Positions 8,952 to 20,303 of a stretch of DNA of 48,788 nucleotides are shown here, piece by piece. Position numbers and translations under genes: made by a program. Source of the DNA: an uncultured Dehalococcoidales bacterium (GTDB lineage: Bacteria; Chloroflexota; Dehalococcoidia; GIF9; AB-539-J10); NCBI GenBank assembly GCA_964648615.1, contig CAZYNG010000001.1, positions 1 to 48,788 on the forward strand, written 5' to 3'. A model generated the notes under the pieces. The model was not told where the DNA came from, ran no database searches, and saw nothing but the letters and a program-made list of their open reading frames with translations. Numbering within the stretch: the first letter of the stretch is position 1; every line of letters begins with the position of its first letter.

Positions 8952-10652
8952 CTACTTCATCAGCTTAAACGCCGTGACATCCACCAATCCCAAATCGGTC
9001 AATCTCAATTCGGGAATCACCGGTAAGGCGAGGAAGGAAAGGATGGAAAAGGGCGCGGGAGGCAAATTGCCTAAACTGGCAGCAGCTTTTTCTACTTGTT
9101 CAAATTGAGCTACCACTGTTTCCAAAGGCTCGGAGGAGAGCAATCCAGCGATAGGCAGTGGTAGGGAGGCTATGGTTTGTCCCGCAGCGCAAACGACAAG
9201 TCCACCTTGTAAATTTTCTATCTCCTTGATTGCAGCAAGGATGTCAGCATCATTGGTGCCTACTGCTATTATATTATGAGAATCATGGGCTATAGATGAA
9301 GCTAGTGCTCCTTTTTTCAAGCCAAAGCCTTTGACCAGTCCTACCCCGATATTACCGCTAGCTTTATGCCGTTCCACCACCACGAGTTTCAGGATATCCC
9401 TTTCAATATCAGAGATGATTATTCCCTGGTCGCTTTTGACCTTTTGCAGTCTTTTTCTGGTAATTATTTGCCCCGGGACGATTTCAATGACTGGCTGACT
9501 TTCGCTGTTGGCGGTTAGCCTAAGTTGCTCAGTGGTAAATGGCTTCTTAATATGCACTGTATTTGTCAATTCAGGTGGGATTTCGGGTGTTGAGAACAGA
9601 CATTTACCTTTTTTAGCTACCAGCTTGCCTTGATAAAACACCATATCTACAGCTAATTTGGGAAGTTCGGTGAAGGTGATGAGATGAGCCAGGTAGCCTG
9701 GGGCAATAGCCCCAAGGTTACCAAGCCGGAAATATTCGGCGGTATTTATGGTAGCCAATTGCAAAGCTCGAACTGGGTCTAGTCCACGGCTAATGGCTTT
9801 TCTCACCACGGCGTCGACATCACCTTCCCGGAGCAAGTCGGAGCAAGTGCGGTCATCCACTACGAAGAAACATCTTTTGTAAGTGTTGTCATTGATTAGT
9901 GGCAGAAGGGCGTCAAGGTTCTTCTCTGAGGAACCTTCTCTAATCATGAGATACATTCCCCGTTTTAACCTTTCGCTACCTTCTTCAAAAGTTGTGCATT
10001 CATGGTCGGACAGGATTCCCGCTGCCTTATAGGCATTGAGTTTTTTGCCACTTAGTCCTGGGGCATGTCCGTCAATTATTTTGCCTTGTGCAGCATTAAT
10101 TTTGCGTAGTATTTCGTTATCACCATTTATTACGCCGGGGAAATTCATCATTTCCCCCAGTCCGATAACATTTTGGAGGGTGAGGATTTGCTCTATTTCC
10201 TCCACACTGATTCTGGCCCCTGATGTCTCAAGGGAAGTTGATGGTACACATGAAGGAGCCATGAAGAATATGTCCATGGGCAAGTTTTTCCCCCAATCAA
10301 TAACAAATCTTATTCCTTGGATGCCACAAACATTGGCGAGTTCATGCAGGTCGGTGACTGAGGCTAAGATTCCTCTGGGCACGACTGCTTCAGCATATCG
10401 AGCGGGATGGAGCATGGAGCTTTCAATGTGGATATGCCCATCAATTAGCGCTGGAGACAAGTATTCGCCTTCCAGGTCAATGATTTCTCTTGCCTGTGTG
10501 TAATCTCCTATACCGGCCACCCTATCACCACAAATGGCCACGTTACCCTCCTCTACTTCCCCAATGAAGGTGTTTACAATGCGGGCATTCTTCAGTAGTA
10601 GGTCTGGTAGAGAATCCCCTCTGGCTACAGAAATAAGTTCAGCTAGATTCAT
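8952..10652 (-). CDS. ade: adenine deaminase
   Basis: Amidohydrolase with IDGHIHIESS and an adenine-deaminase N-terminus (LI.VARGD.P.DLLLKNARIVN.F.GE). The ORF track extends to a TTG at 10724. I prefer the ATG at 10652 (MNLAELISVARGD), where family conservation begins; it overlaps the hpt stop by 14 nt. The start is uncertain. Confidence 0.88.
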   Translation of the reverse strand: MNLAELISVARGDSLPDLLLKNARIVNTFIGEVEEGNVAICGDRVAGIGDYTQAREIIDLEGEYLSPALIDGHIHIESSMLHPARYAEAVVPRGILASVTDLHELANVCGIQGIRFVIDWGKNLPMDIFFMAPSCVPSTSLETSGARISVEEIEQILTLQNVIGLGEMMNFPGVINGDNEILRKINAAQGKIIDGHAPGLSGKKLNAYKAAGILSDHECTTFEEGSERLKRGMYLMIREGSSEKNLDALLPLINDNTYKRCFFVVDDRTCSDLLREGDVDAVVRKAISRGLDPVRALQLATINTAEYFRLGNLGAIAPGYLAHLITFTELPKLAVDMVFYQGKLVAKKGKCLFSTPEIPPELTNTVHIKKPFTTEQLRLTANSESQPVIEIVPGQIITRKRLQKVKSDQGIIISDIERDILKLVVVERHKASGNIGVGLVKGFGLKKGALASSIAHDSHNIIAVGTNDADILAAIKEIENLQGGLVVCAAGQTIASLPLPIAGLLSSEPLETVVAQFEQVEKAAASLGNLPPAPFSILSFLALPVIPELRLTDLGLVDVTAFKLMK

Positions 10653-11181
10653 TGCCCTCAAAAATACATATATCTGGCAAGTTGCGGAATTTCTGATTGA
10701 GGTCAAGCCCATAACCAACAACAAACTTATTAGGCAAGGTGAAACCTAGATACTCAATAGATACTGGAGCCTTACGGCGGGATGGTTTATCAGTCAGGGC
10801 ACAAACCTTTAGGGAAGCGGGCTTTTTCCTTCTCAAATAATTGAGCAGGAAAGAGAGGGTAAGCCCGGTATCCACAATATCTTCAATCACAAGGACATCT
10901 CTGCCTTTTACAGGAGTTTTGGGTCTTTGAACTACTTTGACTTTGCCGGAACTCTTCATGCCAGCGCCATAACTGCAAAGCTTGATGAAATCGATTTCCA
11001 CTGGCAAATCCAGTTGGCGAATAAGGTCAGCCATAAACACAAAGGAGCCTTTGAGGACGCAGATAAGCAAAGGATGCTTGCCTCGGTAATCTTCTTCTAT
11101 CTCATTGGCTAATTTGGCTACGGTGTTCTTTATTTCCTCTCTGCTGATGAGCACTTTAAGTTGATAATCTTGATCTGGCAT
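10639..11181 (-). CDS. hpt: hypoxanthine phosphoribosyltransferase
   Basis: 180-aa ORF with the PRPP-binding motif VLVIEDIVDTGLTL and the upstream LKGSFVFMADL pattern typical of Hpt. Confidence 0.92.
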   Translation of the reverse strand: MPDQDYQLKVLISREEIKNTVAKLANEIEEDYRGKHPLLICVLKGSFVFMADLIRQLDLPVEIDFIKLCSYGAGMKSSGKVKVVQRPKTPVKGRDVLVIEDIVDTGLTLSFLLNYLRRKKPASLKVCALTDKPSRRKAPVSIEYLGFTLPNKFVVGYGLDLNQKFRNLPDICIFEGNESS

Positions 11182-11228
11182 TATCTTTATCGATTGAATT
11201 GCCTATAGCATTGTGCTAAATTACGCGT

Positions 11229-11301
11229 GGGGCTGTAGCTCAATCGGGAGAGCGCCTCAATGGCATTGAGGAGGTAGTGGGTTCGAATCCCATCAGCTCC
11301 A
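11229..11301 (+). tRNA. tRNA-Ala (anticodon GGC)
   Basis: Hand-folded cloverleaf: acceptor GGGGCTG/CAGCTCC with the G3:U70 alanine identity pair, D arm GCTC/GAGC, anticodon stem CCTCA/TGAGG with loop ATGGCAT (GGC), and T arm GTGGG-TTCGAAT-CCCAT. The discriminator is A. The 3' CCA is not encoded. Confidence 0.9.
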
Positions 11302-11345
11302 CATTTACTTTAGAGTTAACGCTTATTAAGTTGACATAAAGCATG

Positions 11346-12017
11346 CTAATTCTTGTTTTCCTTAGCAGTAGATGTTTCTTGCGGTTGCTCTTTCCTGGTT
11401 TGGCGGAAAAAGAAATACCAAGCTACCGTTCCTATACCAACTACTGCTATCACCAGGGCAGTGATGAACAGGGGACGAAATTCTGGAGCAAGGAGCTTTG
11501 ATAGGCCACCCCCAAAAGCTCCTAAGGCGAGGTAAATCCCCTCCCAGATTAGCAGTTGAATGAGCACACCTATAAAGAAGTATCGGAAACGAATGCGCGT
11601 TGTACCATAAGTAACTGAAGCAAGAACTCCAAGCCCCGGGGTAAGCCTTGCCATAATCAGATTGGGCAGAGCAAACCTTGTGATTTTTTGCCTTGTCTTT
11701 TCTAGGCGTTCCCTTGTGATTCGAATACGCTGGCCAAATTTGTCCACGAGCTTGTCTCCAAAGGAGTGTGAAAACCAATAGGTTGATGTGGAGCCACACA
11801 AGCGTCCCACAGGTGCTACGATCAAGAATGGAACTAGGGAGGAAGTACTACCCGTCCCATGGACAATCTGGAAGCCGGCAAAAACTATTAGGCCTTCTAC
11901 AACTGGGTATGTAGGCAGACCCATCTCGGTAACCATAGCAAGCAAAAATATAATAGCCAGCCCTAACAAGCTGCCTGCGGTCACAGTCCCAAGTATTTGG
12001 ACTACATCCTGCCACAT
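11346..12017 (-). CDS. DedA/VTT-domain family inner-membrane protein
   Basis: 223-aa multi-pass hydrophobic ORF with DedA-like features (GLPTYPVVEGLIVFAG, F..R.TPG.....S...G......F) and a basic, polar C-terminal tail. Confidence 0.7.
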   Translation of the reverse strand: MWQDVVQILGTVTAGSLLGLAIIFLLAMVTEMGLPTYPVVEGLIVFAGFQIVHGTGSTSSLVPFLIVAPVGRLCGSTSTYWFSHSFGDKLVDKFGQRIRITRERLEKTRQKITRFALPNLIMARLTPGLGVLASVTYGTTRIRFRYFFIGVLIQLLIWEGIYLALGAFGGGLSKLLAPEFRPLFITALVIAVVGIGTVAWYFFFRQTRKEQPQETSTAKENKN

Positions 12018-12206
12018 AGTTATGAATCAGGAAATTTCTTATTAATCTTTTCAGTGTTTATTAAATAAGTTTAGCTTATATACTATGTGCTAGTAAAGTA
12101 TCTAGCTCACTGGCAATAATTAGATGAAGAAATGCTGCCCACTTGACTTTTGTTGTTACTTTTCTGGAGATGGCAGGTATGATAGAGTATTTCGTTTGGG
12201 GAAATC

Positions 12207-13880
12207 TTGAAAGAGCGTATTCTCATCGGTGTAGCCTGGCCTTACGCTAACGGGCCTTTGCATCTTGGGCACATTGCCGGAGCATATCTGCCTGCTGATA
12301 TCTTTGCTCGTTATCATCGCCTTAAAGGCAACGAAGTGCTTATGGTCTCGGGTAGTGACCAGCATGGAGCGCCAATTTTAATTCGCGCTGACCAAGAATC
12401 TAAGTCTCCACAAGAGATAGTATCCAGGTATCACCAACAATTCCTTGATTGCTGGCAAAAGTTAGGTATTTCTTTTGATTTATTTACTACCACGGGCACT
12501 CAAAACCATGCTCAGGTTGTGCATGATATTTTTCTAACCTTGCTCGATAAGGGTTATCTTTATAAGGATAGGACACTGCAAGCTTATTGTCCTAAGTGTC
12601 AACGTTTTCTTCCCGACCGCTATCTTGAAGGGGTGTGTCCTTATTGTGGTTTTTCTGAAGCGAGGGGAGATGAGTGTGACCAGTGTGGCAGACCATTAAA
12701 TCCCTCGGAGCTCAAGGATTTACGTTGTGTTCTTTGTGGCACTTCACCACGGTTCGAATCTTCTGAGCATTTCTTTTTACGGCTCAGCGCTTTTCAGGAT
12801 AAGCTGAAGGAATGGGCAGTAGCTCAATCTCACTGGCGGAAAAATGTAGCTGGCACTACATGGAAATTTTTGAATGAAGGGTTAAAGGATAGGGCGATAA
12901 CTCGCGATATTAATTGGGGTGTAACCGTGCCGCAGGTAGGATTTGAGCAGAAGCGAATCTATGTCTGGTTTGAAGCGGTTATTGGCTATTTGTCAGCAAC
13001 TGAAGAATGGGCGAAGTTACATCATGATGAGCAGGCTTGGAAGCCTTTCTGGCAAGGAGATGCAAAAAGCTTTTACTTTGTAGGTAAGGATAACATTTTT
13101 TTCCACACCATTGTTTGGCCAGTGATGTTGATGGGCTATGGTGGGCTAAACTTACCTTACGATGTTCCTGCTAATGAATTTTTGACCATAGAAGGCAGGC
13201 GGCTTTCTACCAGCCGTAATTGGGCAGTTTGGCTTCCTGATTATCTGGAACGGTATGACGCTGACCCATTGCGCTATATTTTATCAGTGAATATGCCTGA
13301 GACTGGGGATAGTGATTTTTCTTGGCGTGAGTTCGTTCGTCGAGCTAACAATGAATTAGTGGCCACCTATGGTAATTTGGTTCATCGTGTTCTCAGCTTC
13401 GCTTATCGCAATTTTGACGGAGCGGTGCCTTCCCCGGGTGACGTTGATTCACAGAGCCAAACATTGCTTCATGAAGCGGAGACGATGCTTAACGACGTGG
13501 ATGGGTTGCTTTACCACTGTAGATTCAAGGAGGCAATTAGAGAGGCTATGTCTTTGGCTCAAAAGACAAATCGTTATCTTGACAACCAGGCCCCATGGAA
13601 AACGATTGAGAAGGACCGGCAAGCTTCAGCTAGATCTATTTATACTGCAATATCGAGCCTATCAGCGTTGAAAACTGCTCTTTATCCCTTTCTTCCCTTC
13701 AGTTCCGAAAAGCTTCATTCCCTTCTCGGTTTTGAAGGAAGCCCCAGTGAGGTCGGCTGGAAATTTCAATTGCTGGCAGAGGGGCAAAAGCTGCGTCAAC
13801 CGCAGCCATTATTTAGCAAGCTGGATGAAGATGTTGTTGAGCAAGAGAGTAGTCGGCTTGGCTCAACGTCTGACTGGTGA
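12207..13880 (+). CDS. metG: methionine--tRNA ligase
   Basis: 557-aa ORF starting at TTG. It has the HIGH motif (PLHLGH), a four-Cys-pair zinc knuckle insertion (CPKC..CPYC..CDQC..CVLC) and a class I anticodon-binding helical domain. There is no C-terminal tRNA-binding extension. Confidence 0.93.
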   Translation: MKERILIGVAWPYANGPLHLGHIAGAYLPADIFARYHRLKGNEVLMVSGSDQHGAPILIRADQESKSPQEIVSRYHQQFLDCWQKLGISFDLFTTTGTQNHAQVVHDIFLTLLDKGYLYKDRTLQAYCPKCQRFLPDRYLEGVCPYCGFSEARGDECDQCGRPLNPSELKDLRCVLCGTSPRFESSEHFFLRLSAFQDKLKEWAVAQSHWRKNVAGTTWKFLNEGLKDRAITRDINWGVTVPQVGFEQKRIYVWFEAVIGYLSATEEWAKLHHDEQAWKPFWQGDAKSFYFVGKDNIFFHTIVWPVMLMGYGGLNLPYDVPANEFLTIEGRRLSTSRNWAVWLPDYLERYDADPLRYILSVNMPETGDSDFSWREFVRRANNELVATYGNLVHRVLSFAYRNFDGAVPSPGDVDSQSQTLLHEAETMLNDVDGLLYHCRFKEAIREAMSLAQKTNRYLDNQAPWKTIEKDRQASARSIYTAISSLSALKTALYPFLPFSSEKLHSLLGFEGSPSEVGWKFQLLAEGQKLRQPQPLFSKLDEDVVEQESSRLGSTSDW

Positions 13881-13885
13881 GATAA

Positions 13886-14848
13886 ATGGAGCTTCATACT
13901 ATCTATCAGCCTATCCGGGAGGACTTACAGAAGGTGGAGGAAGGTCTAGTCTCAGTTGCCGATGTTGATATACCTGTTCTAAAGAAGCTACTGGACTACA
14001 TAATTAAAACTAGTGGCAAGAGGATTCGTCCTGCCCTTACGTTGTTTGGTGGGAAGTTTTATGACTATGATTTGGGATCTTTGATTCGGGTAGCCACGGC
14101 AGTGGAGCTGCTGCACACCGCTACGTTGGTTCACGACGATGTGGTGGATAACTCGTTGCAGCGGCGTGGTAAAGCAACAGTAAACAGATTGTGGGGTGAT
14201 ACAAGTGCAGTATTGGTAGGGGATTATCTGTTAGGCAAATGTGCTGAATTAACCGCAGAGACGGAAAATATCGAGGTTATGAAGCTTTTCAGCAACACTA
14301 CTATGGTCATTTCTTCAGGTGAGTTAAGACAAAAAGAGCTTTCGTTTGACGGGAAACAGAATAGGGATGATTATTATCGTTGGATTGCAGCTAAGACTGC
14401 TTCTCTTTTTTCAGCAGCAGCTGAGGCAGGAGCAATTTTGGCTAATTCTCCTGAAGAAGCAATTCAAGCTTTGAGAGATTATGGCTATAATTTGGGCATG
14501 GCCTTTCAGGTTGTAGACGATGTTTTGGACTTTACTGGTGATGAAGTAGAGCTGGGTAAGTTTCCAGGATCCGACTTAAGCCAAGGGGTATTAACGTTAC
14601 CAACCATAATCTTTCTGGAACGCTATCCCAACGATGATACGGTAAATAAAATTTTGGAAAGTGAAACTGCCGAACATATAGAATTGGCTAGGGGTAAGAT
14701 TTGCCAATCAACGGCTATTCAAGACTGTGTTGATATCGCTCGCAATTTTGTGCTTCAAGCTTGCCAGGCATTGCAAGTTTTGCCTGACAAGTCTCCTCGC
14801 TCCCATCTGGTTGATTTAGCTCACTACGTTGTGCGAAGGAAAGGATGA
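13886..14848 (+). CDS. polyprenyl diphosphate synthase (hepta-/octaprenyl-type)
   Basis: 320-aa ORF with both aspartate-rich motifs (LVHDDVVDN and FQVVDDVLDF) at canonical trans-prenyltransferase spacing. Confidence 0.88.
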   Translation: MELHTIYQPIREDLQKVEEGLVSVADVDIPVLKKLLDYIIKTSGKRIRPALTLFGGKFYDYDLGSLIRVATAVELLHTATLVHDDVVDNSLQRRGKATVNRLWGDTSAVLVGDYLLGKCAELTAETENIEVMKLFSNTTMVISSGELRQKELSFDGKQNRDDYYRWIAAKTASLFSAAAEAGAILANSPEEAIQALRDYGYNLGMAFQVVDDVLDFTGDEVELGKFPGSDLSQGVLTLPTIIFLERYPNDDTVNKILESETAEHIELARGKICQSTAIQDCVDIARNFVLQACQALQVLPDKSPRSHLVDLAHYVVRRKG

Positions 14849-14852
14849 AAGA

Positions 14853-16673
<1,821 letters not shown>

Positions 16674-16685
16674 AACCTTATGTCT

Positions 16686-16713
16686 ATTATAGCAACTATG
16701 GTATAAATGTAAA
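16686..16713 (-). promoter_or_regulatory. candidate sigma70-type promoter of ftsH
   Basis: On the minus strand: TTTACA (16713..16708), a 16-nt spacer, then TGC-TATAAT (extended -10, 16691..16686). The -10 lies about 13 nt upstream of the ftsH ATG, which implies a very short leader. Confidence 0.35.
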
Positions 16714-16750
16714 ATTAAGCCGTTAATATCATTGTGAACACGGAGTCAAG

Positions 16751-17578
16751 CTAACTAAGAGAATTATAGGTTCTCTGGAGCAATAGAGCATCTCCTTCCA
16801 GGTTAGGACTTTCACTGATAACCAATCCGTTGACATTGAAATCTTTCAAAGCTTTAGCTAAGCCAACATAATCAAAATCCGATTCCTTCAAATTCAGATG
16901 TTTGATTTCGCCCTTTGCGCCGTAGGCTATTCCTGAAACATGTATATGCATATTATCCAGAGCCGCTCTTCCCAACTGACTCTCTATTTGTTCGAGGATG
17001 CTGGCAAATTCAGCATATGAGTTGAACTTTCCCGTACGAGCATGCCAATGAGCGAAGTCAATACAAGGGGCAACTCCTTTAATCTCGTTACTCAGACTTA
17101 ACACCTCCTCCAAAGTGCCGAACTGGCTGATTTTTCCAGCAACCTCAGGCCTAACCCAGACCTGATTTTGCTCGAATTTTAGCTTGTGCATTATATCTTG
17201 CAGGTTCTTTTTTACCACAGAATAGGCTTCATCTGGCGGGTCACCCATGTAATAAGCGGCATGGAAGACTACGGTTCTTGCTCCACATAGAGAGGCAATT
17301 CGAACTGTGTCTAGTAATCTTTCTTGGCTAGCGGTTCTTTTTTCAGCTTCCCTGGCATTCAAGTTTATGAAGTAAGGTCCATGTGAGCTAAGGGCAATTC
17401 CCTTCTCTTTGGCTAGCTGTCCTATGTTCCGAGCAGCAGACTCTCCCATTTTTACCCCTCTTACAAACTCCAATTCCATGCAGCCAAGCCCCAGCTCGGC
17501 AATGCGGCGAATACCACGGTCTGTAGAGCGATTTTTGACACTTCGAGGAACCCCTGCAGAACCAAAAAGCAATTCCAT
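16751..17578 (-). CDS. xylose-isomerase-like TIM-barrel protein, AP endonuclease family 2 (endonuclease IV-like)
   Basis: 275-aa ORF with SSHGPYFINL (compare Nfo H.PY.INL), HAAYY, DFAHWHA and MHIHVSG metal-ligand-like motifs in EndoIV order. Substrate is not assignable from sequence. Confidence 0.7.
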   Translation of the reverse strand: MELLFGSAGVPRSVKNRSTDRGIRRIAELGLGCMELEFVRGVKMGESAARNIGQLAKEKGIALSSHGPYFINLNAREAEKRTASQERLLDTVRIASLCGARTVVFHAAYYMGDPPDEAYSVVKKNLQDIMHKLKFEQNQVWVRPEVAGKISQFGTLEEVLSLSNEIKGVAPCIDFAHWHARTGKFNSYAEFASILEQIESQLGRAALDNMHIHVSGIAYGAKGEIKHLNLKESDFDYVGLAKALKDFNVNGLVISESPNLEGDALLLQRTYNSLS

Positions 17579-17735
17579 AGTGCCTGTGTAGTATACGTGA
17601 AGTGGGAAAGCTGGTCAAAAGCTTTCTCTATTTCTCTTTGATGTAAAACTATTGACTTTAGCTTCAATAGAGATATAGAATTAGCCGATTTGTGTAGGGT
17701 CATTGTAGGATGCAGGGCGACCCTTCGAGATAGTA

Positions 17736-19304
17736 ATGCGGGTTTTGTTGATAAATCCTCCTTACCCAGAAGCTGAAGGGCTTCATGTTGCCTTGAGCAT
17801 ACCTTCCATAGCGGCAGTGTTGGAAGAGGCAGGGGTAGAGGTACAGGTTTTAGACTTCTTGGTTAGCAGGTACTCTCCCCAAAACCTTGAGAGGAAGCTA
17901 AGAAAATTTAAGCCTGATATTGTTGGGGCGACGTCGGTTACGCTCAATTATCCTGCAGCTCGTCGGATTCTTAAAGCTTGTAAAGAAATAGACCATAAGC
18001 TAATCACCATCATTGGGGGGCCTCATGTAACTTTTGGTGTAGAGGAGACCCTGCGTGAATCACCATTCATAGATATCGTGGTGGTAAGGGAGGGAGATGA
18101 GACGGTGGTGGAGCTAGTGGAAACCATTGCAAGGGACACTGATCTAAGCCAGGTTAAGGGCATAGCTTTTAGAAAAGATTCAGAAATAGTGGTCACTCCT
18201 GAGCGTGCATTCATCCAAAATCTGGATAAGCTTCCATTTCCAGCAAGACATTTGCTTCCCGTATCTAGATATCTAGCATTGCAGGCGGCGTGTGGTTTAT
18301 CGACAAGTAGAGGCTGTCCCTTTGGTTGCTCTTTTTGTGTGGGACACCGAATGGTTGGGAAAAAGGTAAGATACCGTGACCCGAAGGTAGTAATAGATGA
18401 AATGGAGCGTATCATAAAACTGGGGTTTAAGTTGCTGGCCTTCGAAGATGACTTTTTCACCGTTAACCATAAACATTGTACGGCCATCTGTGATGAAATT
18501 ACCGCTCGGGGGTTAGATGTGATGTGGGCAGCTTATGCTCGGGTGGACTCGATAGATAAACCTTTGCTGGAGAAGATGAAACAGGCTGGGTGCTTTGCTC
18601 TGTGTTTTGGGGTGGAGAGCGGCAATCAGAAGGTTTTGGATTTAGCTCATAAAAAGATCACGCCAGCGAAGATAAGGGAAGCTATTAAGCTATGCCAGAA
18701 TTCAGGGTATGACTTCATTGCCTCTTTTATTGCTGGGCTTCCCGGTGAAACTGAAGATACTTTGAGGCAGAGTGTAGAATTTGCTGAAAGCCTTGGTGAA
18801 GGTGGGTGGGGGTTTCATATTTTATCTCCCTTCTTTGGAACAGAGGTCAGGGAGAGGGCTGCAGAGCTTGGACTCAAAATATTGACCAATGATTGGGAAC
18901 GCTATGATTGCAATCAAGCTGTGTGCGAAACTGAAGGGATAAAGGCGGAGACATTAAACAAAGTAGTTGATGGAATTACTCAGATGTATTACGACCAGCG
19001 TGTCAGGGATACGTTGCTAGAGAAGCTCTCTGACAAGGAATTGAAAAAATGGCAGAGTGCGGAATCACAAAACTTGATATGGCAATTGTTGCACCAGGAA
19101 GTGATTGAGGAACAGGGAAAGATAAGGATGGATGGTAATCCTTCAGAAGTGGGGAAATACATTGCCGAATTACAAGGGCGAGTGTGGAATACCCTTTCCT
19201 TTCCGCTTGAGTTTGTTAAGACAGAAATTGGGAGGTTGATAGACAACGACTACTTGACTTACCAGTTAGATGGCAAGCACATTGTATGGAAGTGGAATGA
19301 GTGA
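17736..19304 (+). CDS. B12-binding domain-containing radical SAM protein
   Basis: 522-aa ORF. It has an N-terminal cobalamin-binding Rossmann-like domain (MRVLLINPPYP...DIVGATSVT), the radical SAM cluster motif SRGCPFGCSFC (CxxxCxxC), and a C-terminal extension of about 120 aa with no family I recognise. Confidence 0.85.
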   Translation: MRVLLINPPYPEAEGLHVALSIPSIAAVLEEAGVEVQVLDFLVSRYSPQNLERKLRKFKPDIVGATSVTLNYPAARRILKACKEIDHKLITIIGGPHVTFGVEETLRESPFIDIVVVREGDETVVELVETIARDTDLSQVKGIAFRKDSEIVVTPERAFIQNLDKLPFPARHLLPVSRYLALQAACGLSTSRGCPFGCSFCVGHRMVGKKVRYRDPKVVIDEMERIIKLGFKLLAFEDDFFTVNHKHCTAICDEITARGLDVMWAAYARVDSIDKPLLEKMKQAGCFALCFGVESGNQKVLDLAHKKITPAKIREAIKLCQNSGYDFIASFIAGLPGETEDTLRQSVEFAESLGEGGWGFHILSPFFGTEVRERAAELGLKILTNDWERYDCNQAVCETEGIKAETLNKVVDGITQMYYDQRVRDTLLEKLSDKELKKWQSAESQNLIWQLLHQEVIEEQGKIRMDGNPSEVGKYIAELQGRVWNTLSFPLEFVKTEIGRLIDNDYLTYQLDGKHIVWKWNE

Positions 19305-19609
19305 GGTTACTTGTTTGTGAAGGGCAGCAGCGTTGCCAATATGGTCAAGGTGAGATCGCGGGTCACTAGAAATTGGATCAGGCTTGGCTGCATCCTACAA
19401 TTTGTTGTGGTGTGTTGGATTGCCGTCAATCCAGAAGTAGATGGCTTTCTCTGTTAGAGAGGTGATTGCAAGAGCCAGGTGTCCGAGGCGTCTTACCGCT
19501 ATTATCTCGTCCCTTCGAAAAGAAGAATTTTGGATTGTGACTTCTCCTCTTATAATAAAATAGCAATTATCGAACTAATCTTACGGATATTTTTGCTGAT
19601 TGAATAGAT

Positions 19610-20041
19610 ATGGAAAGAAGCCTGGTTCTCATTAAACCTGATGCTATGCAAAGAGGATTAGCTGGAGAAATTATCTCTCGGCTTGAAAGTAAGGGACTCA
19701 AAATTGTGGCGATGAAAATGCTTCGTATGAATAAAGCATTAGCTCAACGTCATTATGCTGTTCACAAGGATAAACCATTCTTTAATGAGTTGGTCGACTT
19801 TGTTACCTCTGGGCCTGTCATCGCTATGGTTTTGCAGGATGATGACGCAGTGAAAGTGATAAGGCAAACGATGGGTGAAACTGACCCGGCAAAAGCTCTG
19901 CCGGGCACTATCAGAGGTGACTTTGGTGGAGACATCAGCCATAATTTGATACATGGCTCCGATTCGGTGGAGAACGCTGGAAGCGAGATTGCTCTCTTCT
20001 TTTCGGCTGAAGAGATTGTTGACCTTTCTATTGAATTCTGA
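19610..20041 (+). CDS. ndk: nucleoside-diphosphate kinase
   Basis: 143-aa ORF with MERSLVLIKPDA, the active-site NLIHGSDS, and RGDFG. Confidence 0.95.
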   Translation: MERSLVLIKPDAMQRGLAGEIISRLESKGLKIVAMKMLRMNKALAQRHYAVHKDKPFFNELVDFVTSGPVIAMVLQDDDAVKVIRQTMGETDPAKALPGTIRGDFGGDISHNLIHGSDSVENAGSEIALFFSAEEIVDLSIEF

Positions 20042-20303
20042 TTATGGGGATTGCCTTATGCCAAAGTCCTTCTAGTTGATAATAATCTCGCTCTACTGTT
20101 GTGAATATGTGAACAATTACCGAGCCGAAGTCAGTAAGCATCCAACCTGAATCAGGGGTGCCTTCTTTATGATGATGGATGACCCCTTTGTTTTTCATTG
20201 TTTCGTTAATGCCTTGCGAGATAGCTTCAATATGACGGTCTGAATCTCCGCTACAAATGACGAAATAATCCGTAAACGAACACACCTTCGTCGCATCCAG
20301 CAT
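20028..20303 (-). CDS. rsfS: ribosome silencing factor RsfS (minimal ATG-initiated ORF; the true start is probably upstream, near 20372)
   Basis: It has the RsfS core pattern (TDYFVICSG.S.R...AI.......K.........EG....W.L.D.G.V.VH.F....R.YY.LE.LW). The usual N-terminal helix is encoded in frame upstream of the first ATG (see findings). The 3' end overlaps the convergent ndk by 14 nt. Confidence 0.85.
   Translation of the reverse strand: MLDATKVCSFTDYFVICSGDSDRHIEAISQGINETMKNKGVIHHHKEGTPDSGWMLTDFGSVIVHIFTTVERDYYQLEGLWHKAIPIIRIQ

Noticed and set aside
19341-19457. 38-codon Cys-containing ORF (MVKVRSRVTRNWIRLGCILQFVVVCWIAVNPEVDGFLC) downstream of the radical SAM gene, considered as a RiPP precursor
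   Set aside because: It has no Shine-Dalgarno sequence and looks like a random hydrophobic frame. There are no leader or core features and no other RiPP genes (protease, transporter, RRE protein) nearby. The idea cannot be supported from sequence alone.
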